DNA of 64,000 nt from Acidilobaceae archaeon (GCA_026413755.1 JAOAKH010000007.1:1403-65402), one strand, 5' to 3'; counted from the stretch's first letter, positions 23,627 through 34,457 are shown. The notes: generated by a model not told the origin, from the sequence alone. Numbers and translations: made by a program.

Positions 23627-25426
23627 GTGGGCGGCATATTCGGCTATGCATGCCGCGCGCCGCAGAGCTGCAGCGTTGTGGGGGAGGGGCTGAGGAGGCT
23701 CACCTACAGGGGCTACGACGGAGCAGGCTTCTGCTTCCTGAACGAGGAGGGGAGGCTGGTCGTGAGGAAGGTGGCAGGCCACCTTGAGAAGGGGTGGGAG
23801 AGGCTCTCCTTCGGGTCCTACAGCTCCGACGTGGCGCTTGGGCACACGCGCTATGCGAGCAGGGGGGTGCCGGCGGAGTTCAACAGCCACCCGCTTCTCG
23901 ACTGCAAGGGCAGGCTGGCTGTGGTCATGGACGGCTTCGTTAACGGCTACGAGGAGCTGAGGGAGGAGCTGAGGAGGAGGGGGCACCGGTTTGTCTCGAC
24001 TACAGACACAGAAGTCCTGGCCCACCTGCTGGAGGAGCTGCTGGAGAGGCAAGACCTCAAGGGGGCCCTGCTAGAAGCAGCGAGGAGCGTGGAGGGCATT
24101 TACTCCGCTGCCGTAGCCCTCGAGGGCTTCCGGGGGCTGGGCCTCATATCGAAGGGCCAGCCGCTCGTCATAGGCCTCAAGGGGGATTGCCATTACGTCT
24201 CTAGCGACATCATAAGCCTCTCGGGCTTTGCGGATGAGGCGATAGTGCTGGAGGAGGGCGTCGGGGCGCTGGTGACGCCTGCCTCGGTGGAGGTCTTCAG
24301 CCTCGAGAGCGGGGCCCCCGTTGCGGAGCTCGTGAGGAAGAAGGTAAAGTACCAGCTAGAGCTCATCGGCAAGGGCGGCTACCCGCACTACATGCTAAAG
24401 GAGATCTACGAGATCCCTGACTCCATAAGGCGCACTGCAGCCTCCCTCATGGAGAAGTACTTGAGGCTCTCAGCCATGATACTCTCTAGCGCAAGGAACG
24501 TGATCGTCATAGGCAACGGCACTAGCTTCCACGCGGGGCTTATAGCTCAGTACTACTTTGCAGACCTAGCGGGCCTAAACGTTGGGGTTGTTAGCGCAGC
24601 GGAATTCCCCTACTATGCCCTCGAGAACGTCGTAACGGGGACTGTTATCTTAGCTATAAGCCAGAGCGGCGAGACGGGCGACGTGATCAGGAGCGTTAAG
24701 CTGGCAAAGCAGAGGGGAGCAGTAATAGTGGGGATCACAAACGTGCTGGGCTCGAGGCTAACTATGCACTCTAACGTGTATCTCCCCATAAGCGCAGGGC
24801 CAGAAATAGCCGTGCCCAGCACCAAGACCTTTGCCTCCACGCTCACGGCGCTGGCAATACTAGCTGGCTACGTGGGGCTCTACACGGGGAAGCTAGATAG
24901 GGCGGGCCTGGAGAAGATCTACGCGGAGATCAGCGGCGCCTCTCAGCTTCTCCGCGACCTGATCCCCTCCCTCGAGGAGCCGGCCCAGAGGGTAGCAGAG
25001 GAGCTGATGGGCTCGGAGAGGATGTACGTCTCGAGCAGCGGCATAAGCTATCCAGTAGCCCTCGAGGGGGCCCTTAAGCTGAAGGAGGCCGCGCTAGCGC
25101 ACGCGGAGGGCGTTCAGCTAGGGGAGCTGAGGCACGGGCCCCTCGCGATAGCAGGCAGAGGCATGCCGATACTGCTCATAGAGCCCGTGGAGGAGCAAGC
25201 TGGGGAGCTGTACGAGAGGGTGCTGGGGGAGATAAGCGGGAGGGGAGCAAGGGCCATAACGCTTGGCTACAGGCGCGACTCCACAATACTGCTCCCGAGG
25301 CTCCCAAAGATCGTAGCTCCTCTCACAGCAGTCGTGCCGCTGCAGCTCATAGCATACAAGCTTGGCTCGCTGAAGGGGCTGCCAATAGACATGCCGCCGG
25401 GCCTCGCTAAGGTCGTTACCACCTAG
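23627..25426 (+). CDS. glmS: glutamine--fructose-6-phosphate aminotransferase-like protein (two SIS domains intact, glutaminase domain atypical)
   Basis: I trimmed the start to GTG 23627 because the track ORF's N-terminus is antisense to the GNAT gene. Matches to the family: RLTYRGYDGAGF, GHTRYASRG, STTDTEVLAHL, and the SIS motifs GNGTSFHAG and ISQSGETGDV. The length of 599 aa fits GlmS. However, the N-terminus is M-GGIFGY rather than M-CGI. Confidence 0.8.
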   Translation: MGGIFGYACRAPQSCSVVGEGLRRLTYRGYDGAGFCFLNEEGRLVVRKVAGHLEKGWERLSFGSYSSDVALGHTRYASRGVPAEFNSHPLLDCKGRLAVVMDGFVNGYEELREELRRRGHRFVSTTDTEVLAHLLEELLERQDLKGALLEAARSVEGIYSAAVALEGFRGLGLISKGQPLVIGLKGDCHYVSSDIISLSGFADEAIVLEEGVGALVTPASVEVFSLESGAPVAELVRKKVKYQLELIGKGGYPHYMLKEIYEIPDSIRRTAASLMEKYLRLSAMILSSARNVIVIGNGTSFHAGLIAQYYFADLAGLNVGVVSAAEFPYYALENVVTGTVILAISQSGETGDVIRSVKLAKQRGAVIVGITNVLGSRLTMHSNVYLPISAGPEIAVPSTKTFASTLTALAILAGYVGLYTGKLDRAGLEKIYAEISGASQLLRDLIPSLEEPAQRVAEELMGSERMYVSSSGISYPVALEGALKLKEAALAHAEGVQLGELRHGPLAIAGRGMPILLIEPVEEQAGELYERVLGEISGRGARAITLGYRRDSTILLPRLPKIVAPLTAVVPLQLIAYKLGSLKGLPIDMPPGLAKVVTT

Positions 25427-25788
25427 CGGTGCTCCCTGGGCCCCTCTGCCTCCCTAGCCCTCCCCTCTACGAAGGCCCTCACCACTTCCTCTAGGCTCAT
25501 CCTGCCCTCCACGTAGTAGATCTTGATCCCCATCTGCTTGAAGAGGTAGAACCCGCCTGGGCCCACGTGGGTAGAAATGATCGCCTCCACCCCCTTAGAC
25601 CTCATGAGCTCAGCTAGCCCTTGAGCTCGGCTGCCCTCAGGGGAGAGGGCGAAGGGGTTCTCCACTACTTCCAGCAGCCTGTAGCCCTGCTCCCCTATCT
25701 CAACCAGCGCAAAGAGCTTGGACCTGCCGAAGAGGGGGCTCAGCTCCCACCCCTCCTTGCCCCTCATGACAGGAACGATAGCCCTCAT
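25423..25788 (-). CDS. NifB/NifX-family (dinitrogenase FeMo-cofactor-binding-like) small protein
   Basis: SKLFALVEI...GVEAIISTHVGPGGFYLFKQMGIKIY is the typical pattern of this fold. Confidence 0.7.
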   Translation of the reverse strand: MRAIVPVMRGKEGWELSPLFGRSKLFALVEIGEQGYRLLEVVENPFALSPEGSRAQGLAELMRSKGVEAIISTHVGPGGFYLFKQMGIKIYYVEGRMSLEEVVRAFVEGRAREAEGPREHR

Positions 25789-25846
25789 GGCCTCTCCCGC
25801 ATATTAGGCCAGCTCCCATATCTTCCTTCTCTATACGGGGAGCAGC

Positions 25847-26524
25847 TTGATCTACGCTGTGAGCGACGTCCACGGCACTAGGTACTTAGGGGAGCTGAGG
25901 AGGGCTCTGGCGCTGCTCAATGACACTCCTTGCGCAGTGCTCCTGCCAGGGGACCTAGTGGATAGGGGGAAGGTTGAGAGCCTAGTGCCTGTCCTCGCCG
26001 AGCTCGAGAAGCTGGGCTCTCTGCTAATAGCCACCTTCGGCAACGAGGAGTACCACGACGTGAGGCCGAGGCTGAGGAAGGAGTTCCCCTCCGTGAAGTG
26101 GCTGGAGGACGAGCTCTATGCGTTCTCCTGTAATGGGAAGGAGGTCAGCGTGGTGGGCACCCCCGGCTCGCTGGACAGGCTAACGCCGTGGCAAAGGAAG
26201 AACATGCCCTGGCTGGAGAGGGAGTTCAGGGAGAGGGAGAGGAGGCTCAGGGTTCTCTTCCAGAGCGCGAGAGGGGAGGTGATACTCATGTCCCACTACG
26301 TCGTAGCCAGGGGGAACTTGAAGGGAGAGGACGAGAGAATATGGCCTGAGATGTTCTCTTCATCAATTGAAGCCCTCGTGGCCGAGCTCAGACCAAGCGC
26401 AGCCGTTCACGGGCACGCCCACAAGGGGAGCCCCTTCACGTACCTCAGCGGCGTGCCGGTCTATAACGTAGCGCTGCCGTTGAGAAAGCAAGTGGTAAAG
26501 TTAGATTTAAAGCTAAGTTTATAG
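25847..26524 (+). CDS. metallophosphoesterase (calcineurin-like)
   Basis: MIYAVSDVHG, LLPGDLVDRG, TFGNEEYH and AVHGHAH motifs appear in the canonical order. Confidence 0.75.
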   Translation: MIYAVSDVHGTRYLGELRRALALLNDTPCAVLLPGDLVDRGKVESLVPVLAELEKLGSLLIATFGNEEYHDVRPRLRKEFPSVKWLEDELYAFSCNGKEVSVVGTPGSLDRLTPWQRKNMPWLEREFRERERRLRVLFQSARGEVILMSHYVVARGNLKGEDERIWPEMFSSSIEALVAELRPSAAVHGHAHKGSPFTYLSGVPVYNVALPLRKQVVKLDLKLSL

Positions 26525-26562
26525 ATATTAACCTTCGCTAAACCCTCATCGCGGGGAGGAAT

Positions 26563-27798
26563 ATGATGGTAAAGTCCTTTGGAGCGCTCCTGGCACTGGC
26601 AGTTATCTTGCTCTCCCTCGCAGCGCCTGCCTCTGCCCAAAACAACGCAGAGTTCCGGTTTTATTTCAAAGTGCCCATCCGTTCCCAAGACTACGAGATG
26701 ACCTCCACTTCAGTTTTCAGGCAGAACGCTATCCTTACAGAGTCGCAGGGGAAGGCTCCTGCCGCGAGCCCCCTCGACTTGAGCTTGAGGCTTTCCCTCA
26801 TCATAAACAAGAGGAACGAAACCGCCAAAGCTGCGATAGACCTCTTCGTGAACCTCTTCAACAGGAGCGATAACAGGCTCAACATCACCCTTAGGCTCGT
26901 GGGAGCCGCTGACCTCATCGTAAGGGACCCCGTGAAGGGCAGCGCCAGGTTCAACATAAGCCTCAGAGATCAGGGAGCTCTCGCAGCGAGGATCAACTTG
27001 AGGGCCATAGCGGTTGACGGTGCGGGCAACGCCTCCCTCAGCTTTGACGAGAGGTGGTTTAACGCTAGCGCCCTAGCAATTCTCGAGTCGCGGAGCGGCA
27101 ACGCTGTCATAGACAGGGCCGTCGCGGCCTTCATCTACGCAACTCTCGAGGAGCTGCTAGCTAACTTGTCCAAATGGATTATTACAGTTAACCCAAAGGC
27201 TAAGTTCAGCTATAACGTCTCCCTTGCTCAGAACAGGGTTAGGGTCGCGGTTTCCCTGTTGTTCCCATATAGCAACATAGACTACCAGCTCCAGCTAGCG
27301 GGAATTCGCGAGTACACGTCACGCACAGATCTGACGCTGAGGTTCTCCTCAAACAGGCTCGAGTGGAGCTACAAGTACTCCCTCACCAGCCCCCTCAAGC
27401 TAGGCTGGGAGGGCTCCCTTAACGCTACGGCTAAGAGGGGGGTGCTAGAGGTCTCCGGTAACCTGAGGGTAGCAAAGGAGAACCTCGACAGGGCCAGGCA
27501 GAACCTAGCTGCTCTGACGAGCGTTGCTGTAACGCGCGGCGTGGATGGCTTCATGGTGCCTCAAGGGCAGCTACAGCTGCCTGCTCCGCCTCAGATAAAC
27601 CTCAACAGGATAGCCGACAACTTGGAGCTAGTGGTGGAGAGCGTGGAGAGAGCGACCCCCACGCCGACCCCATCTCCCGCCCCCGCGGAGGGCAGGGGGC
27701 TTATGGGGCTTGACAGCACCATGCTTGCCATATTAGCAGGAATAGCCCTGGTGCTTGTGGCAGGAGCGATCCTCTACTATCTCGGCAGGAGGAGCTGA
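26563..27798 (+). CDS. secreted, C-terminally anchored putative surface glycoprotein
   Basis: Signal peptide SFGALLALAVILLSLAAPASAQ. At least 8 N-x-S/T sequons. A Thr/Pro linker ATPTPTPSPAPAE. C-terminal TM LAILAGIALVLVAGAILYYL plus RRS. Confidence 0.6.
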   Translation: MMVKSFGALLALAVILLSLAAPASAQNNAEFRFYFKVPIRSQDYEMTSTSVFRQNAILTESQGKAPAASPLDLSLRLSLIINKRNETAKAAIDLFVNLFNRSDNRLNITLRLVGAADLIVRDPVKGSARFNISLRDQGALAARINLRAIAVDGAGNASLSFDERWFNASALAILESRSGNAVIDRAVAAFIYATLEELLANLSKWIITVNPKAKFSYNVSLAQNRVRVAVSLLFPYSNIDYQLQLAGIREYTSRTDLTLRFSSNRLEWSYKYSLTSPLKLGWEGSLNATAKRGVLEVSGNLRVAKENLDRARQNLAALTSVAVTRGVDGFMVPQGQLQLPAPPQINLNRIADNLELVVESVERATPTPTPSPAPAEGRGLMGLDSTMLAILAGIALVLVAGAILYYLGRRS

Positions 27799-27799
27799 G

Positions 27800-28054
27800 T
27801 TGGAGAGGCTAAAGAAGGCCATAAGGATCTACAACAAGTACCGCGGGAAGGAGGCCCGTGCGAGGCTGGTGGAGCAGCAGGGGGACCTGGTGAAGGTGGA
27901 GGTAAGGGGGTCTTTCTGCGAGACCTGCGGGCTATACGACTGGCTTGAGGACCTCGTGTACGTGGCAAAGGACGTGGGGCTGGAGATGGAGCTGGTAGAT
28001 GCGCAGGAGAAAGGCTACGACAGGTGGATAGGAGTTTACAAAATCAAAAAATAA
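27800..28054 (+). CDS. small hypothetical protein (84 aa) with a CxxC pair
   Basis: TTG 27800 lies directly after the upstream stop. Sequence LERLKKAIRIYNKYRGKEARARLVEQQGDLVKVEVRGSFCETCGLYDWLEDL. Confidence 0.4.
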   Translation: MERLKKAIRIYNKYRGKEARARLVEQQGDLVKVEVRGSFCETCGLYDWLEDLVYVAKDVGLEMELVDAQEKGYDRWIGVYKIKK

Positions 28055-28124
28055 TTTCCTTTTTATGTATAAAACACAGTTTAACGTTAAAGGCTTCAGT
28101 TTATAATTAAAGAGAGAGAAGCAG

Positions 28125-29366
28125 ATGAAGTGGGACCCTCTAGCTCTCGGCATGGAGGGCGAAAAGGAGAGGGCAGCTAACATGAGGAACTACGTGCTGG
28201 AGACTACTACCTATACCTTCTCTACCGCCATATCGACCAACCTCGTGAACGCCCTGGCTATGAGGTACCTCGGCTTCGGGTTGGCTGATATAGGGGCCCT
28301 TGCCATATTGCGCACTGCTGCCGTAAGCCTCGGGAGCATAGCTGCCCTCCCCATCTTGGAGAAGTACAGGCCGGAGAGGCTCAAGGTCTGGCTGGCCTTC
28401 GGAGCTGTGAACAGGGTAGGGTGGGCCCTCAGCGGCCTGGCGCCGCTCCTCCCAGCCCCATATGCTCAAGTGGTCCTCTGGGGAGTTGTGGCTACCTCGC
28501 AGTTCGCGGGGGCAGTGGCGGGCGTGGCATCTATGGATACATTGGCAGATAACGTGAGGCCCTCCGTTGCAGGGAGGTTCTTCGGCTCTGTGGCATCCCT
28601 TAACAACGTCGCCACGCTCGCAGCCCTCGCGCTCACGCTGGCCTCGTTTAGGTTGCTCCCTCCCGAGGGCGCCTACGCGTTCCTCTACGCCACCTCCTTG
28701 CTCTTCGCGCTGATCTCTACGTGGAGCCTCAGCAGGCTGAGGGACTTCTCTCGCCCTCAGCCCAAGGAGGTGAGCCTCCTAGAGGCTATGAGGAGCTACA
28801 CACAGCTCGTAAGGGACAGCGGCTCCAGGAACTTCATAGCTCTCTCAAACTCATTCACCTTCGCCGTTCACTTACCCTTCGCCTTCTGGGACTACTACGT
28901 CATGAAGGTCATGGGGGGCGACGAGATATGGATAACTGCAAAGAACGTTGCCAACATAGCCCTGAAGGCCTTGAGCCTGAAGGCCTGGTCCAACTACGTA
29001 AACGTCATAGGCCCTAGGAGGAGCGCCCTGGCCTCCATGTTCTCCACCACCCCGATACCTGTCATGTACACGGCCTCGGACAGCCTTGCTGCGCTAGTAG
29101 GGGTGAACTTATACGCCAGCGTAGCATGGACGCCGTGGGAGATAGCCAACACCCTCTACATGCTATATCTCGTGCCGGAGGCGGAGAGGCCCTCCTTCCT
29201 TTCCGCCCAGACGGTAGCTTCTAACGCCGTAGCAACGCTCGGCACCAGCTTTGGAGTTGCTGTGGCCTCCGCTGCGGGAGTTACCAGCGCCTTCGCCCTC
29301 TCCTCCCTCCTGAGGGGAGCGGTGGCGCTAGTGGCACTCCGCTGGATGCCGGAGCTCCGGAAATGA
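28125..29366 (+). CDS. MFS/GPH-like transporter
   Basis: About 12 hydrophobic segments. An AT-rich promoter region lies at 28055-28124. The stop overlaps the next gene's start (ATGA). Confidence 0.55.
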   Translation: MKWDPLALGMEGEKERAANMRNYVLETTTYTFSTAISTNLVNALAMRYLGFGLADIGALAILRTAAVSLGSIAALPILEKYRPERLKVWLAFGAVNRVGWALSGLAPLLPAPYAQVVLWGVVATSQFAGAVAGVASMDTLADNVRPSVAGRFFGSVASLNNVATLAALALTLASFRLLPPEGAYAFLYATSLLFALISTWSLSRLRDFSRPQPKEVSLLEAMRSYTQLVRDSGSRNFIALSNSFTFAVHLPFAFWDYYVMKVMGGDEIWITAKNVANIALKALSLKAWSNYVNVIGPRRSALASMFSTTPIPVMYTASDSLAALVGVNLYASVAWTPWEIANTLYMLYLVPEAERPSFLSAQTVASNAVATLGTSFGVAVASAAGVTSAFALSSLLRGAVALVALRWMPELRK

Positions 29367-30535
29367 AGGACTTAGAGAGGCTCTACGCCCTGAGCTTCTT
29401 GGCCTCTCTTGCCATGGGGGCCTCCTTCAGCATAATAGCCCCCTACCTTCGCCTCCTCGGCTTCTCGCCCGCAGAGTACGGCCTTCTGAGCGCCCTGCTC
29501 CTCTTTGTCGGGATCCTCTCCACAGCCTTTGCAGGCTGGGCGAGCGACAGGGTGGGAGCGAAGCAGATGCTGATAGCCTCCCTCCTGCTCGAGTCCCTTA
29601 GCCTTCTCCTACTCTTCTTTGGCAGCCCCCTATCAATATATGCCTCTTACGTAGTGGCGGGGGTGGCAGGGGGGATTTCCTCTGTAGCTGGCATAGTGCT
29701 AGCTACGCGCGTGCGCGGCGCCGAGCAGCTAGAGAAGGCCCTCCCATACGTGGGAGCTGCCACTAGCATAGGCGGCGGCATAGGGCTCCTCGGCGGCTGG
29801 GTGCCGCAGATCCTTAGCGAGCGCGGCTGGGACATCCGGGAGGCCTACAGCCTTCAGTTCCTCCTCCTCTCCCTCCTCATACCCCTCTTTGCCCTCCCCC
29901 TCCTCATGCCTGTGAGGGAGATAAGGAGGCCCGTGCAGAGAGGGGCGGGCGAGGAGAGGGCCCCTTGGGGGATCTTGGCAAGACTAGTGCTGGTTAACGC
30001 CCTGGTGAGCCTGGGGGCCGGCATGTCGATCCACATCATAGACTACTATTTCGTCATGAAGTTCAACGTCAAGAGCGGGGAGCTCGGGACGGTGCTGGGA
30101 GCGCAGAGCATAATAATGGGGCTCCTCATGCTCCTCACGCCCAGAGTGAGCGTGGCCGTGGGAGGGCCTCTAAGGGCCTACATACTCATAGCTTCCCCGA
30201 GCGTCCTCCTGCTCATAGCTATGGCCTTCGCTCAGAGCTACTACCTCGCCTCCATCATATACATCGTTAGGACGATACTCATGAACGTGGCTAACCCGCT
30301 TTACCAGGCCTTCGAGATGAGCCTCATCCCCAGGGAGTACCGCGGGAGGGGCGCCTCGCTCATAAGCATAGCATGGCAGCTGCCCGCTGGCGTCGGGAGG
30401 GCAGTGGGGGGAGCGCTCATGGGCTATCACCTCGAGGCCCCTCTCTTTGCTACAGCAGCCCTCTACTTTACTGCCTTCCTCCTCCTGGCCGCTTTCTTCC
30501 CCTCTCAAGTTCTCAAGACTAAAGAAGGTCCATGA
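29363..30535 (+). CDS. MFS transporter
   Basis: Motif A-like GWASDRVGAKQM between TM2 and TM3, and about 12 TM. Confidence 0.7.
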   Translation: MKDLERLYALSFLASLAMGASFSIIAPYLRLLGFSPAEYGLLSALLLFVGILSTAFAGWASDRVGAKQMLIASLLLESLSLLLLFFGSPLSIYASYVVAGVAGGISSVAGIVLATRVRGAEQLEKALPYVGAATSIGGGIGLLGGWVPQILSERGWDIREAYSLQFLLLSLLIPLFALPLLMPVREIRRPVQRGAGEERAPWGILARLVLVNALVSLGAGMSIHIIDYYFVMKFNVKSGELGTVLGAQSIIMGLLMLLTPRVSVAVGGPLRAYILIASPSVLLLIAMAFAQSYYLASIIYIVRTILMNVANPLYQAFEMSLIPREYRGRGASLISIAWQLPAGVGRAVGGALMGYHLEAPLFATAALYFTAFLLLAAFFPSQVLKTKEGP

Positions 30536-31265
30536 GGTAGGGGTTGTGCTCCAGCTCCTCCCCTATCGTTGTAGGGGGCCCATGGCCAGGATAGACGACG
30601 GTCTCCCGCGGGAGGGAAGCCAGCTTCCTGAGGCTCTCCCTCATGAGCTCCGCTGACGAGTGCGGGAGGTCCACCCTGCCTACGGTCCCCCTGAAGAGAG
30701 TGTCTCCCGTGAAGACCGCGCCATAGGAGGTCATTGAGAGGGCCCTCTTACTGGCTATCAGCAGGTCCCCCACGAAGACGCCCTGGGGTATCAGCAAGGA
30801 TATGCTGCCCATAGTGTGCCCAGGCGTCTCTATAACCCTCACCTCCAGCCCGCCTACCTCTATCGCCTCCCCCTCCCTCAGCGTGAAGTCGGGAGGCGGC
30901 ACCTCGGGGACCTCCACGCCGAGGTAGCGAAGGGTTAGCTCTCGCGCCCTGCGAGCCAGCTCCACGTCCCTCTCGTGGATCGCGAAGGGAGCGCCCGTGA
31001 TCTCCTTTGCTAAAGCCACCCCTCCCACGTGATCAAAGTGGCCGTGGGTAGCCACTATTGCCTTCACCCTCTTTACCCTCCTGAGCACCTCCTCTAGCCC
31101 ATAAGGCCAGCCGGGGTCTATGACCAAGGCTTCCCCTCCGTGCTCCAAGATGTAGCAGTTCGCCCTGAGAGGCCCCAGCTCAAACCTCTGCGCTGCCGCC
31201 ATTTTTCTTCCTGCGAAGTACCAGGGGGAGGGCTTATATGGGTCGGTCGTTCCGGCTCTCTTCAC
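30519..31265 (-). CDS. MBL-fold metallo-hydrolase (glyoxalase II-like)
   Basis: THGHFDHVGG motif, TPGHT and a later GD/H motif. The likely start is MAAAQRFELG at 31202. Confidence 0.8.
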   Translation of the reverse strand: MKRAGTTDPYKPSPWYFAGRKMAAAQRFELGPLRANCYILEHGGEALVIDPGWPYGLEEVLRRVKRVKAIVATHGHFDHVGGVALAKEITGAPFAIHERDVELARRARELTLRYLGVEVPEVPPPDFTLREGEAIEVGGLEVRVIETPGHTMGSISLLIPQGVFVGDLLIASKRALSMTSYGAVFTGDTLFRGTVGRVDLPHSSAELMRESLRKLASLPRETVVYPGHGPPTTIGEELEHNPYLMDLL

Positions 31266-31324
31266 TCCTCAGGAGACTCCCTTATACCTCATCCCGCTCC
31301 TAGCGTAGGCGGGGAGGGCTAATA

Positions 31325-31876
31325 TTACGGTACCCTCAGGCGCCCGTACACAGAAGTTAGGAGGAGCGTCACCCCTAAGCCTAGGAAGGCGAGGAGGGGA
31401 GAGAGCGTCGCTACGGCCGCAGCGAGGAGGAGGGCCGCGAGCCGATAGGAGGCCTCTCCAGAGAGCCGCGAGAACTCAAAGAGGGCGGAGGAGATCATGA
31501 GGGAGGAGACAACGGAGAGTATGTGGAAGAGGATTATGGCGGAGAGCTGGGGCATAGTGGCGGTAGAGATGAGATCGGGGACCAGGTGGATCTGTGCAAG
31601 GAGGGCATAGGGCCTTGCGGAGAGCTCCGCGTAGCCCGCCGCGTAGGCAGGCAGGAGGGAGAGGGCGAGCATGAAGGTCCCCTCCCTCATCTTCTCGCCC
31701 ATCTCAGGCTTCTCATAGAGCCTCGACAGCCTCGCCACGAGGAAGGAGAAAGAGGAGAGGCCGAGGAGCCAGAGGAGCAGGGCGGGAGCCAGGAGCCCCC
31801 AGAGGGCAAAGAACATGGCTATGAGCGACATGAACCCCCCTGCAAACGCTGCCATCCTTTCTGGCACGAAGCGCAA
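31325..31876 (-). CDS. integral membrane protein (5-6 TM), function unknown
   Basis: Hydrophobic helices throughout. No motif recognised. Confidence 0.5.
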   Translation of the reverse strand: MRFVPERMAAFAGGFMSLIAMFFALWGLLAPALLLWLLGLSSFSFLVARLSRLYEKPEMGEKMREGTFMLALSLLPAYAAGYAELSARPYALLAQIHLVPDLISTATMPQLSAIILFHILSVVSSLMISSALFEFSRLSGEASYRLAALLLAAAVATLSPLLAFLGLGVTLLLTSVYGRLRVP

Positions 31877-31912
31877 GCCCTCGGCTCCCAGAGAAAGAGA
31901 GGAAGAGAGGCT

Positions 31913-33583
31913 TTAGCTATGAGGCTGCTCCTCCCTCGCTCTCCTCAGGAAGCTCGCTATGCGGCGGTACATATCTACCCTGTTCTCGTCCTTCCTTATC
32001 CCATGCCCCTCGTCCTCGTAGATCTTCAGCTCGTACCTCCTCCCCAGCCTGTCCAGCTCCCTCGCTATTTGCTTCACCTCCTCTACAGGGCACCTCGGGT
32101 CGTTTGCGCCGTGCACGAACAAGATAGGCGCAGAGAGCCTCTCCAGGTGGAATATAGGGGACCTGTCGCGGAAGAGGGCAGGGTCCATCTTCACTTCGTC
32201 GTAGGCCTTTAGGTAGTCCGCCTCCCTTTCGTACTCGGTGTACCAGTTGTAGAACCCCACTATGGCCACCCCTCCGCTCCACTCCGAGGGCTCCTTCACG
32301 AGGGCAAGCGCCGTGAGGTAGCCGCCGTAAGAGCCTCCTGCGGCGAAGACCTTTCTAGCTCCCATGCGCTTTGCAAGCCTAGCAGCCTCTACCACGTCCC
32401 TCATGTCCCCTCCCCCCAGGTCCTTGTCGTTGAGGTGAAGGAACTTCTTCCCGTAGCCGGTGCTCCCCCTGTAATTAGGCGCTACTACCATGAAGCCCTC
32501 TAGGGCGAAGAGTTGGCAGAGGGGGCACCAGGAGTCATATATGTGCGCATCTGGGCCTCCGTGGATGTACACTACGGCATCCCCATTCCACTTTTCAGGC
32601 TTGTAGAGAACTGCCTCTATCTCCAGCCCGTCAAAGCTGCTGTATGAGAGGACAGAAGCCCTCACCAGCGGGAGGTCTGGCGTTGTGTCTATCAGCTTCT
32701 TCCCGTTCATGTAGAGGGCACTGGGGAGCGTGGAGGAGGACCTCACGTAGGCTAGCGCGCTGCCGTCCACGTCCAGCTCCTCTACGTGAGTCTCGAGCAG
32801 CTCCGGCGAGCCGTCCCTGAGCAGCAAGAGATCGTTCCTGCCCTTGCGGTAGCTCACAAAGAGGACTCCGTCGCGGTAGTAGCGAGCAGAGCCCTTCTCG
32901 CTCTCATCTCTGTAGACCCACCTCCACTCCCTCCTCTTTATGTCCAGCTCCCCCACGTCGAACCAGCCGCCTACGTTAGAGACGAAAAGGGCCTTGCCCT
33001 CCCTCACGTCGGTAACGTAGGTCTCAGAGCCGGGGAAGTGGAGGAGGAGCTCATCTCTAGAGCCGTAGACGTCCACGATCCTTACCTGAGTGTCGTATAT
33101 GCCCTTTGAGTAAACTATCTCCTCCCTCGAGGCCCAGTGGAAGGAGAATATTGGGTCCTTCCAGCGCGTGAGCCCTCTCACCTTCTCGCCGTCGAAGACG
33201 AACAGCTGCGAGGGGAGGCCGCCCCTGTTGGAGGTGAAGGCTATCATGCTCCCCTCGGGGCTAAAGGAGGGGGAGAAGTGGTAGTGCTCTGGGCTCCTCG
33301 TTACGTCTTCCTCCCTGCCGCTGGAGAGGTCCCTCACTATTACCTGGAAGTTCTCGTCCCCCTCCCTGTCCTTGAGGTACGCCACCTGATCCCCTCTTGG
33401 GCTGATCTCCGGCTCTAGGTAGGAGTCCTTGCCGGAGGTGAGCCTCTCCACCTCCTCCCCCTTTGCCAAGAAGACGTCCCACTTGCCGTGCTTGTTCCAA
33501 TTAAAAGCAACGGCGTTAAGCTTCTCGCTAACGCTTACGCTCCTCACAAACCTGACGCCTACGAGGGCCTCTGCTATGTCCAT
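31913..33583 (-). CDS. S9 prolyl oligopeptidase-family serine peptidase (acylaminoacyl-peptidase-like)
   Basis: N-terminal beta-propeller-like repeats. Catalytic domain with the nucleophile elbow GGSYGGYLT, HGANDPRCP (Asp) and DEGHG (His). Confidence 0.85.
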   Translation of the reverse strand: MDIAEALVGVRFVRSVSVSEKLNAVAFNWNKHGKWDVFLAKGEEVERLTSGKDSYLEPEISPRGDQVAYLKDREGDENFQVIVRDLSSGREEDVTRSPEHYHFSPSFSPEGSMIAFTSNRGGLPSQLFVFDGEKVRGLTRWKDPIFSFHWASREEIVYSKGIYDTQVRIVDVYGSRDELLLHFPGSETYVTDVREGKALFVSNVGGWFDVGELDIKRREWRWVYRDESEKGSARYYRDGVLFVSYRKGRNDLLLLRDGSPELLETHVEELDVDGSALAYVRSSSTLPSALYMNGKKLIDTTPDLPLVRASVLSYSSFDGLEIEAVLYKPEKWNGDAVVYIHGGPDAHIYDSWCPLCQLFALEGFMVVAPNYRGSTGYGKKFLHLNDKDLGGGDMRDVVEAARLAKRMGARKVFAAGGSYGGYLTALALVKEPSEWSGGVAIVGFYNWYTEYEREADYLKAYDEVKMDPALFRDRSPIFHLERLSAPILFVHGANDPRCPVEEVKQIARELDRLGRRYELKIYEDEGHGIRKDENRVDMYRRIASFLRRAREEQPHS

Positions 33584-33639
33584 GTTAGATCCGAGGTGAG
33601 GAGATAAGGGAGCTATATATGCTCTAGCTGGGGGCCGCC

Positions 33640-34457
<818 letters not shown>

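Noticed and set aside
31523-32212. 229-aa plus-strand ORF spanning the membrane protein and peptidase genes.
   Set aside because: It is antisense to two supported minus-strand genes. The translation is Glu/Arg/Pro/Gly-rich, so this is a shadow ORF.
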